Below, piece after piece: positions 1-6,846 of a stretch of 20,734 nt of DNA (position 1 is its first letter; the number at the start of each line of letters is the position of its first letter). The position numbers were made by a program, and so were the translations under genes. Origin of the DNA: Candidatus Woesearchaeota archaeon (GTDB taxonomy: Archaea; Nanobdellota; Nanobdellia; Woesearchaeales; SKGA01). Below the pieces are notes generated by a model. That model searched no databases, was not told where the DNA came from, and worked only from the letters and a program-made list of their open reading frames with translations. The stretch lies in assembly GCA_016926395.1 (NCBI GenBank), contig JAFGOT010000008.1, forward strand, positions 1 to 20,734, in the 5' to 3' direction.

Positions 1-49
1 AACGTTTTCTACGCTTGTCTAGTGTCAAATAGGGGCAAAAACAATAAGG

Positions 50-57
50 TTTAAATA
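50..57 (+). promoter_or_regulatory. TATA box (TTTAAATA) of histone gene
   Basis: TATA-like octamer with purine-rich upstream sequence, implying a TSS near 81 and a leader of about 55 nt. Confidence 0.5.
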
Positions 58-120
58 GAAATGAATGCAATTATTGATTTAGAGGTCAAAAAACGCTTTT
101 TTAGCATGAATGTGACCTAT

Positions 121-126
121 AGGAGA
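121..126 (+). promoter_or_regulatory. Shine-Dalgarno site AGGAGA of histone gene
   Basis: AGGAGA 9 nt upstream of ATG 136. Confidence 0.6.
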
Positions 127-135
127 TAATACAAA

Positions 136-339
136 ATGAAACACGCAATTCCTTTAGCTGCAATGGAAAGAATTTTGAAAAATACTGGTGCTCACCGAGT
201 TTCAGAAGAAGCAAAAGTTGCACTAAGACAAGTTCTAGAAGACATTGCTATGGAAATTGGCGAAGAAGCTACTAAATTAGCATCTCACGCTGGTCGAAAA
301 ACTGTAAAAGCAGAAGACATCCGTCTAGCAAGCCACTAA
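136..339 (+). CDS. Archaeal histone (HMf/HMt-like), 67 aa
   Basis: Histone-fold signature IPLAAMERILK..GA.RVSEEA...L...LE......EA.KLA.HAGRKTVKAEDI.LA. Confidence 0.96.
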   Translation: MKHAIPLAAMERILKNTGAHRVSEEAKVALRQVLEDIAMEIGEEATKLASHAGRKTVKAEDIRLASH

Positions 340-356
340 TTAAAAAATTACAATTC

Positions 357-383
357 TAAATAGCTCTTTAATAGAGTTATTTA
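357..383 (+). terminator. Hairpin terminator or 3' stem of histone mRNA
   Basis: TAAATAGCTCT-TTAAT-AGAGTTATTTA forms an 11-bp stem with one G-U pair valid on the + strand, followed by a T-rich run. It lies between convergent genes. Confidence 0.5.
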
Positions 384-863
384 TCTATTATTTTTAATAT
401 TGTGAGATTTTACTTTTTTATACAATTGTTCCATCCCATTTGCAATAGTATCAACAGTTTTTACAACAAAATGTTCTAAACTAGAATAAGTACCATAAGC
501 TTCATCATCATCTTCCAAATCAGATTTAACACCATACGCCAATTCATTAAATAAAAAAGAGTCAACACCAAAATTTTGTTTCACAAAGTTTTGATGATTT
601 TTGGTCATACAAATTATAACATCTGATTTATCTATCATTTCTTGAGTTAATTTTTTTTGATAATAACTTTCAAAGTTCACACCATAAAACAATAATCTCT
701 CTTTTGTCTGGGAATACAGCCCCCATCTATCTGTGGCTTTTGTTCCAGCAGATAAAACGTTAATAGAATCATCTTGTTTATCATCCAACAATTTTGTTAA
801 TAATAACTCACTACTAGCGCTTCGGAATAAGTTTTCTGTGCAAATAAATAATACAGTTAACAT
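381..863 (-). CDS. Low-molecular-weight protein tyrosine phosphatase family protein
   Basis: N-terminal P-loop VLFICTENLFRS (CX5R-S), SAGT motif, DVIICMTKNH motif, acidic loop followed by YG near the C-terminus. Confidence 0.85.
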   Translation of the reverse strand: MLTVLFICTENLFRSASSELLLTKLLDDKQDDSINVLSAGTKATDRWGLYSQTKERLLFYGVNFESYYQKKLTQEMIDKSDVIICMTKNHQNFVKQNFGVDSFLFNELAYGVKSDLEDDDEAYGTYSSLEHFVVKTVDTIANGMEQLYKKVKSHNIKNNR

Positions 864-870
864 TTTAATT

Positions 871-1782
871 CTAGAAAGGCAAATCTAATTTCATCAAATC
901 ATAAGCACATTTCGTATTTTCAAACAAATCTTTAGCTTCAGATTCTAGTTCTTCTACATCTTTATATCTGATAGAAAAATGTGTTAAAATTAATTCTTTA
1001 GCACCACATTCACTAGCAAGTTTTGCTGCTTGATGAGCAGTCATGTGTTTGTATTCTTCTGCTTTATTTACTAAATCATGTTTATACACTGCTTCACTCA
1101 CCAATAATTCAGAATTATCTGCTAATTCATAACAAGCATCACATAATTGAGTATCAAAAATAAAAGATACTGCTTTAGAGGAATCTATCACAGTCACTTC
1201 ATCTGCTTTAATTTGTTTTCCTTCATAATTAATATCTTTACCTTGTTGTAAGTCTTTTAGATGCGGACCCTGAGAAACACCAAGCTCTTTTAACTTTTTA
1301 AGTTGAATATTTCGTTTTTCTTTTCTTTCAAATCTAAAACCCAAAGTAGGAACAGAATGTTCTAAATTAATTGCTTTAAGTTCATAATCATCATTTTCAT
1401 AGAAAATTTCTAATTTTTTTAAGTCAAGTTCAGTAACTTCAATATTAACCCGTGACTCAAAAATACAACTATTCATTAAATGATTAAGATGCTCTTTAGT
1501 TCCAATTGGACCATATAATTGTAAAGTTTTCTCATGATCACCAGCAAAGTTCCCCACAGTTTGAATTAAACCAACCAATCCAGAAACATGATCTCCATGC
1601 CAATGACTGATTAGCACTCGTTTTATCTTTTGAGCATTAAGACCGGCTAATTGAATCTGTCTTTGAGTACCTTCACCACAATCCAAAAGTATTCCATCTC
1701 CATTATACTCTAAGTAAATGCTCTGAACGTTTCGTTCTTTTGTGGGCACCATACCCGATGTTCCAAGGAATACTAATTTCAT
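871..1782 (-). CDS. rnz: Ribonuclease Z (tRNase Z); start corrected from 1806 to ATG 1782
   Basis: LGTSGMVPTKERN, LLDCGEGTQRQ, SHWHGDH (HxHxDH), exosite GVSQGPHL, HMTA and LTHFSIRY motifs. Confidence 0.95.
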   Translation of the reverse strand: MKLVFLGTSGMVPTKERNVQSIYLEYNGDGILLDCGEGTQRQIQLAGLNAQKIKRVLISHWHGDHVSGLVGLIQTVGNFAGDHEKTLQLYGPIGTKEHLNHLMNSCIFESRVNIEVTELDLKKLEIFYENDDYELKAINLEHSVPTLGFRFERKEKRNIQLKKLKELGVSQGPHLKDLQQGKDINYEGKQIKADEVTVIDSSKAVSFIFDTQLCDACYELADNSELLVSEAVYKHDLVNKAEEYKHMTAHQAAKLASECGAKELILTHFSIRYKDVEELESEAKDLFENTKCAYDLMKLDLPF

Positions 1783-1805
1783 AACAAGAGTAAAACAAGA
1801 ATTCA

Positions 1806-1813
1806 TTTATAAA
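1806..1813 (-). promoter_or_regulatory. TATA box (TTTATAAA) of the rnz-phosphatase operon, leaderless
   Basis: Palindromic ATTTATAAAT (1805-1814), 23 nt from ATG 1782. Confidence 0.55.
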
Positions 1814-1901
1814 TGTGCTCTCGATAAAAAGAAAAAGTAATTACTTGAAAGTGGTTAAAAAAGAAACATTTAAAAATAAACACAATATACCAATAAAAGA
1901 A

Positions 1902-2276
1902 ATGAAACTAAAAGAAATCATCAAACAACATTTTGGACACCAAGTTCAAAAAAAACCAGAAATATCATATGATGACAATTTTTATATGAATAAAATATTT
2001 ATTGATAAATATGGAACGATATACAAAGTACGAGGAGCAAACAGTGAAATTAAAGAAGGCGTTTCAATCCCATTTGCAATAACTATCGAAGCATATCAAG
2101 TAGACAAACCAGTTATTTATTCAAGAGAATGCACAATCTCCCCGCCAAAAGATGATTTTATACTAACTCCAGATAATTACAAAGAAGTAATAAATTCACT
2201 AAATCTTAACACAACAAAAGAGCTAGCAAAAATATATTTGTCATTAGCTAAAACTCAAAAAATAAACACCAATTAA
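1902..2276 (+). CDS. Hypothetical protein (124 aa from ATG 1902; ORF open from GTG 1815)
   Basis: Open frame filling the gap between two minus-strand genes. TTTAAAAA lies 25 nt upstream of ATG 1902. The stop overlaps the convergent gene at TTAA 2273-2276. No recognisable motif. Confidence 0.6.
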   Translation: MKLKEIIKQHFGHQVQKKPEISYDDNFYMNKIFIDKYGTIYKVRGANSEIKEGVSIPFAITIEAYQVDKPVIYSRECTISPPKDDFILTPDNYKEVINSLNLNTTKELAKIYLSLAKTQKINTN

Positions 2277-3295
2277 AATGTTTTAATGATCAAACCTTGA
2301 TATTCTTTTTTCATCATAACAAGACTTTTCTTTGTAAATTCGCCGTTTGTTAAAAACAAACATTGCAAGTCTTTTTGTTTAGCTTTTAGAAGTGCAGGAG
2401 CAACATCCCCCTCATTTAATTTCTTTTTATTTCTTGCTCTACAATAATAATTAATAGTTCCTATAGCACTTGGAACAGTTATAACAAATTCATATTCTTT
2501 ATCTTTAGCAACCATGCTTTCTTCCAATACATTTATGTTTTGCTCCTCAAAGAATTTCCAAACTGAATCATAAAAAGGAGTTCGCTGCAAACCAGGACTT
2601 GTTGTCAGTTGTTGTTGTGAAACGGAACTATTTTTTTCTGTTTGAAGAGGTTTAGGGATTGAAACAGGTTTACGTATATTAGGATGATTAAGTTCTTTTT
2701 GTTCTTCTTCAACAACAGAGCTATTTTCCTCTTTAATTTTATCAATAGATTTTTTTTCTTCATTTAATTCTTCAGTTACTTGTTCTTTTTCTTCTTGAAG
2801 TGTTTCAGTTATTGCTTCTTTTACTTCTTCTTGAACAGGCGTTTTTGGTTTGTTATATCTTTCTTTTAGTATTTCTAATGCATCGTGTTCGCTAACTAAA
2901 TAGTATCTCCAAAAAAGCATTTCTCCATCACTAGTACTTACTTTCATCTCTTTGGCATAATCTTTTATTTTTCTTACTGAGACTCTTTGAAATAATTCTA
3001 AGTTTCTATCAAATACAACTTTTTGTGTTTTTAGAAATTGTACTGTTGTTTGATCTTTTGGATTTAAAAATTCAACAAAATTTTCTAGTTGTGCTTCTTG
3101 ACCTGGAAGATAATATAATGGACTTCCTCCTTTTTTCAAATCAGCTATTTTTACCATCCCTCGAGAAGATAATTCAGAAAGTATAGCACCAAATATCATG
3201 GTGTCGCCTTTTATTATTTTTTTCAGGTCATTCGGAACTAAAGGCCCTTTCGCCTTAAGCACCGCCATTATTTGATCTCTAGAATCAGGTCCCAT
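2273..3295 (-). CDS. Hypothetical protein: N-terminal winged-helix domain(s), acidic linker, C-terminal restriction-endonuclease-like (Mrr-like) domain, probably inactive
   Basis: wH pattern LSELSSRGMVKI..LKKGGSPLYYL and an E/K-rich linker. The C-terminal LFLTNGEFTKKS resembles the Mrr-type ITT..FT..A. Start taken at ATG 3295, with a TATA-like TATAAAAA at 3326-3333. Confidence 0.6.
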   Translation of the reverse strand: MGPDSRDQIMAVLKAKGPLVPNDLKKIIKGDTMIFGAILSELSSRGMVKIADLKKGGSPLYYLPGQEAQLENFVEFLNPKDQTTVQFLKTQKVVFDRNLELFQRVSVRKIKDYAKEMKVSTSDGEMLFWRYYLVSEHDALEILKERYNKPKTPVQEEVKEAITETLQEEKEQVTEELNEEKKSIDKIKEENSSVVEEEQKELNHPNIRKPVSIPKPLQTEKNSSVSQQQLTTSPGLQRTPFYDSVWKFFEEQNINVLEESMVAKDKEYEFVITVPSAIGTINYYCRARNKKKLNEGDVAPALLKAKQKDLQCLFLTNGEFTKKSLVMMKKEYQGLIIKTF

Positions 3296-3360
3296 TTTTC
3301 TACACAACAAGTAACATTGCAAGGGTTTTTATAGCTTACTAAAAAGAATGAAAAAGAAAT

Positions 3361-3421
3361 CGCAGTTCACTTCCGTTCCCTGCTTTCGGTTTTGCCGTGA
3401 CAAATTTTGCAAAGCAAAATT
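3361..3421 (-). repeat. Triple-hairpin, REP-like or terminator element in the endA 3' UTR
   Basis: Perfect 8-bp inverted repeat AATTTTGC-N3-GCAAAATT (3403-3421), then CGG-CAAAA-CCG, then GCAG..CTGC with a purine-rich internal loop, then U-rich runs. Confidence 0.5.
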
Positions 3422-4055
3422 AAGGTCTTACCCACTTAATTTCCCAGTAAGTCACATCATTCTCATCGTCAACAACACCCATCATCAGACGTTTTTTAGT
3501 TGAATGAGCAACTCTGTTTTTTGCTGCAAAATCAAACCAAGTATATTTTTCACCTTCATGAACAGGGTATACAATCCATCTAGCATGATCTTCGCCTGGT
3601 TTTATTCCTCGGTCATACACTCGAAAGTCTGCTCCAAATTTTAGTGCTGTTTTAACTACATATCCTCGATTTCTCATGTCTTTAAAAACAGCGTATCTAG
3701 TCCAGAAACTTGGTTCTACTCGTCCTGCTTTTCTCACAAAAGAATCAAAATCTAGTTGTTTGTTTCTACCATCAAAGATAACTACTCGCTTTTTTTCCAT
3801 TAAATAAAGAGCTTCTGTTAAGGATAGCTGAAGTTTTCCTGAATCAAGCATTGACCCATAGCTTCCTTGGTTGTTTAAGTCTCTAGCGGCATCACATTCT
3901 TCAGCAATCACTCGCTCTCGTGTAAACACTGCTTTTACAACTTTTGCTCTCTTTATTTTTTTAGCGGCATTATCAACGACTTCAACCAATGCACTCGAGG
4001 AATTTTCCTCAGAAAGTGTTTCATTAGATTTTTTAGTTGTTTTCTTATTAGCCAT
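3420..4055 (-). CDS. endA: tRNA-splicing endonuclease, single-unit (alpha4-like) type; start corrected to ATG 4055
   Basis: LSLTEALYL, YAVFKDMRNRGYVVKTALKFGADFRVY, with the catalytic Tyr, His (Tyr+10) and Lys (HSTKK) intact. Confidence 0.95.
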   Translation of the reverse strand: MANKKTTKKSNETLSEENSSSALVEVVDNAAKKIKRAKVVKAVFTRERVIAEECDAARDLNNQGSYGSMLDSGKLQLSLTEALYLMEKKRVVIFDGRNKQLDFDSFVRKAGRVEPSFWTRYAVFKDMRNRGYVVKTALKFGADFRVYDRGIKPGEDHARWIVYPVHEGEKYTWFDFAAKNRVAHSTKKRLMMGVVDDENDVTYWEIKWVRP

Positions 4056-4078
4056 ATTGTTATACAATTTAAAAGATG

Positions 4079-4096
4079 TTTAAAAAGCTTTTTATA
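4079..4096. promoter_or_regulatory. Compact bidirectional promoter for endA and fen
   Basis: TTTAAAAAGCTTTTTATA contains the palindrome AAAAAGCTTTTT (4082-4093). Each TATA octamer is 23 nt from its ATG (4055 and 4120). Confidence 0.6.
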
Positions 4097-4119
4097 GTAT
4101 CTTTAGGTCTCAAATACGT

Positions 4120-5154
4120 ATGGGAGTAGCATTTGGAGAGCTTATAAATGGAGAAGAGGTTACAATAGAAGCATTACAAGGCAAGATTATCGCTATTGAT
4201 GCTATGAATATGCTTTATCAATTTGTCACAACCATCCGCCAGCATGATGGTACTCCTTTAAAAGACAGTCATGGCAACATTACTAGTCATTTAACAGGAT
4301 TATTTGCTCGTTGTTCTAGACTCATGGAAAAAGGTCTAAAATTAGTTTTTGTTTTTGATGGTGAAATGCCTCCTTTAAAAAAGTTGGAGCGTGAACGTCG
4401 TCAAAAATTAAAGGAAGAAGCTGCAACGTCATTTGCGGAGGCTGAAGCATCCAATAATCTTGAAGAAATGCGTAAGTTTGCTTCTCGTTCTGCTCGTGTC
4501 ACAACTGAAATGATTAATGAGTCCAAAGAATTACTCCAAGCGTTAGGAATTCCGGTCGTAGAAGCTCCTAGTGAAGGGGAAGCTCAAGCAGCTTACATGG
4601 TTGCCAAAGGCGATTGTGATTACGTTGCAAGTCAAGATTTTGACTGTTTAATTTACGGCGCCCCTCGAGTAGTGCGTAATCTTAGTTTGTCTCAAAAAAG
4701 AAAGAAAATCAATGCTCTCACTTACAAAACAATCCTTCCTGAAATTGTCACTCTTGATAAAACATTAAAAGATTTAAAACTTAATCTGGAACAACTACGT
4801 TCTCTTTCAATAATTATAGGAACTGATTTTAACATTGGCGGTGTTAAAGGTCTTGGTCCTAAGAAAGGCTTGAGTGTTGTCAAGGAGTTTAAAACACCAG
4901 AGAATATTTTCAAGAATATTAATTTTAGTGAAAGTTTTCCCGACGTTACGTGGCAAGAAGTATACGATACCATTTCTAAAATGCCAAACACTGACAACTA
5001 TTCTCTTGTTTGGAAAGACATTGATGAAGATAAAGTTAAAGACATTCTTGTTAAAAAACATGATTTTTCAGAGAGTAGAGTTCTTGGAGGAATAGAAGCT
5101 GTAGCTCTTTCTAAAAAACTCAGCCAACAAACCAATTTAGGAAAGTTTTTTTAA
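4120..5154 (+). CDS. fen: Flap endonuclease 1
   Basis: AIDAMNMLYQF..IRQ.DG.PL.D..G..TSHL.G, FVFDG, EAPSEGEAQAA, SQDFD, GTDFN.GGVKGLGPK, and C-terminal PIP box QTNLGKFF. Confidence 0.97.
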   Translation: MGVAFGELINGEEVTIEALQGKIIAIDAMNMLYQFVTTIRQHDGTPLKDSHGNITSHLTGLFARCSRLMEKGLKLVFVFDGEMPPLKKLERERRQKLKEEAATSFAEAEASNNLEEMRKFASRSARVTTEMINESKELLQALGIPVVEAPSEGEAQAAYMVAKGDCDYVASQDFDCLIYGAPRVVRNLSLSQKRKKINALTYKTILPEIVTLDKTLKDLKLNLEQLRSLSIIIGTDFNIGGVKGLGPKKGLSVVKEFKTPENIFKNINFSESFPDVTWQEVYDTISKMPNTDNYSLVWKDIDEDKVKDILVKKHDFSESRVLGGIEAVALSKKLSQQTNLGKFF

Positions 5155-5196
5155 CAGGAAAGGTATAATTTAGTCTATTTTACAAGGTGATATTAT

Positions 5197-5661
5197 ATGG
5201 AAGAAACATTCGAACAAAAAGTTATTCGTAACGTTCAAGGTAATTTTGCAGTTTATAAAACCAGTGAAGTGGTTGGTTCTAAAAGCATCATCCCAAATCT
5301 AGAATGGGTTGAATCTGAGGAAGTTGACAAGTTCTTTGCTTTTGCCAGAAATCTTGGTGCGAAGGTAGTTTATGTTGCTGAAGGTGAAGAAGAAGATGAA
5401 AATGGCAACACTAAAACGAGTATTGTTCAAGTTGGCTTTATGCATCAAGGAGTAATGCACCACATCAACCTAGCTGAAGATGAAAGCGATAATGATGAAT
5501 ATGAGTATGAAGATGAAAGCGAGGATGAAAATGAAGACACTGAAGAAATAGTGTACGATCAAAAATTATCAAATTCTCAAAATGAATATAATCAACAACA
5601 AAGACCAAATCCAAATCCTCAGAACTTTGGTGGTGACTTTATTGCTCAAGGACCTATGTAA
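5197..5661 (+). CDS. Hypothetical acidic protein (small alpha/beta domain plus D/E-rich and N/Q/P-rich tail)
   Basis: SD AGGTGA at 5185-5190, 6 nt before the ATG. Codon style matches the neighbours. Lies 42 nt after fen. Confidence 0.8.
   Translation: MEETFEQKVIRNVQGNFAVYKTSEVVGSKSIIPNLEWVESEEVDKFFAFARNLGAKVVYVAEGEEEDENGNTKTSIVQVGFMHQGVMHHINLAEDESDNDEYEYEDESEDENEDTEEIVYDQKLSNSQNEYNQQQRPNPNPQNFGGDFIAQGPM
5475..5522 (+). repeat. 15-bp direct repeat TGAAGATGAAAGCGA (5475-5489 and 5508-5522) encoding EDES twice
   Basis: Exact duplication with a 33-nt period inside the acidic tract. Confidence 0.6.
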
Positions 5662-5666
5662 ATAGG

Positions 5667-5686
5667 TTTTATTTTTTATTTTTTTA
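5667..5686 (+). terminator. Oligo-T terminator after the acidic-protein gene
   Basis: TTTTATTTTTTATTTTTTTA directly after stop 5661. Confidence 0.5.
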
Positions 5687-5698
5687 TTGAGTATTAAA

Positions 5699-6220
5699 AT
5701 GCAAGAATTTCAAAACAATACTTTCGATTCTCAAGAATTTAAAGGAATTAATTTTTCAGATTTTGACTTTTCTAATTCTAAATTTGTTGAAGTAAAATTT
5801 ACTGATTGTAATCTTTCTAATGTTAATATTCAAAACACGATGTTTCAAGATTGTAGATTCATAAATTCCAAAATCAGGGGATTGGATTTTTCTAAAGCAA
5901 ATAATTTTTTATTAAGTTTTAGTTTTGAGGGATGCAATATTCAAAGTTCTTTTTTTAACAATTTGAAAACACCAAACACGATCTTTAATAACTGTCAAAT
6001 AATTGACTGTGATTTTTTTCATAGTAACTTCTCTAAATCTGAATTTAATAATTCTAATCTTAAAGGTTCAGTTTTTGATGAGGGTGTTTTAGAAAATGTT
6101 AATTTTGCAACAGCAGAAAACTTCGAGATAAACCCTGAAAAGAACACCATTCAAGATGCTAAGTTTTCAGAAAGTGGCGCATTATCTCTATTAAGATTTT
6201 TTAATATAAAAATAGAATAA
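5699..6220 (+). CDS. Pentapeptide-repeat protein (McbG/Qnr/MfpA-like fold)
   Basis: Regular (F/L/I)xxxx periodicity (FSDFD FSNSK FVEVK FTDCN LSNVN) with a C-terminal cap INPEKNTIQDAKFS..GALSLL. ATG 5699 preferred over TTG 5687. Confidence 0.88.
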   Translation: MQEFQNNTFDSQEFKGINFSDFDFSNSKFVEVKFTDCNLSNVNIQNTMFQDCRFINSKIRGLDFSKANNFLLSFSFEGCNIQSSFFNNLKTPNTIFNNCQIIDCDFFHSNFSKSEFNNSNLKGSVFDEGVLENVNFATAENFEINPEKNTIQDAKFSESGALSLLRFFNIKIE

Positions 6221-6246
6221 AATTATTTCTTTTTCTTAAAAAAACC

Positions 6247-6807
6247 TTAAAGAAACACATTACCACCTACTTTTCGACGTTCAAAAGAAATAACATCAAA
6301 ATGTCGGCTAAAAAAATCTTTGAAAGAATCTTCTTTCCAAAATGAAAAAAATCTCTCATCTTTTAAGAATCCTTCACCACTACCTTCAATTAAACAAACA
6401 TAAACAATACCATTTGAAGTAAGGATATTATTAAATTTTTTCAAAATACTTTCCAAGTTTGTTTTAGGAACATGAAGTAAGGAAGTAACTGCCCAAATAC
6501 CATCAAAACTTTCTTCTTCAAAATTCATTTGTTCCATATCCATTTGAATAACATTAAGTCCTTTTTGTACACAAATATTCACAAATTCTTTTGATAAATC
6601 AATGCCCGTAACATCAAGACCATTTTTTTGAAAATAAGACATGTGATCTCCAGAACCACATCCAACATCAAGCACTTTATTGCCTGAAAGAAGTCTCATA
6701 AAAGTGTTAAATTCAGGTCTTTCAAAGTCCATTTGAGCACTAAACTTTTTAGAAAAAGAATTTGCATGAGTATTGTATGCTTGAATAGTTTTATCCTTAT
6801 AGGTCAT
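6247..6807 (-). CDS. Class I SAM-dependent methyltransferase, possibly truncated by a premature TAA (frame continues to 6223)
   Basis: VLDVGCGSG (motif I), TGIDLS, FDGIWAVTSLLHVP and L..NG motifs. In-frame GFFKKKK* follows the TAA. Confidence 0.85.
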   Translation of the reverse strand: MTYKDKTIQAYNTHANSFSKKFSAQMDFERPEFNTFMRLLSGNKVLDVGCGSGDHMSYFQKNGLDVTGIDLSKEFVNICVQKGLNVIQMDMEQMNFEEESFDGIWAVTSLLHVPKTNLESILKKFNNILTSNGIVYVCLIEGSGEGFLKDERFFSFWKEDSFKDFFSRHFDVISFERRKVGGNVFL

Positions 6808-6846
6808 ATTAATAAAAATAAAAGAATAACTACTTAAAATCTTTGA

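Noticed and set aside
1-28. Possible leftward gene starting at TTG 28 (MTLDKRRKR...)
   Set aside because: Only nine codons are visible before the window edge, so it cannot be supported.
381-863. Arsenate reductase ArsC call
   Set aside because: It lacks the downstream redox Cys pair and there are no ars genes nearby.
3340-3421. Bulge-helix-bulge motif for EndA autoregulation, or a tRNA fragment
   Set aside because: No 3-4-3 BHB geometry or cloverleaf could be drawn from this sequence.
3871-5095. Alternative-frame ORFs 3871-4083, 4722-4997, 4807-5061 and 4874-5095
   Set aside because: They overlap endA or fen entirely or almost entirely, and their translations are shadow-like with no motifs.
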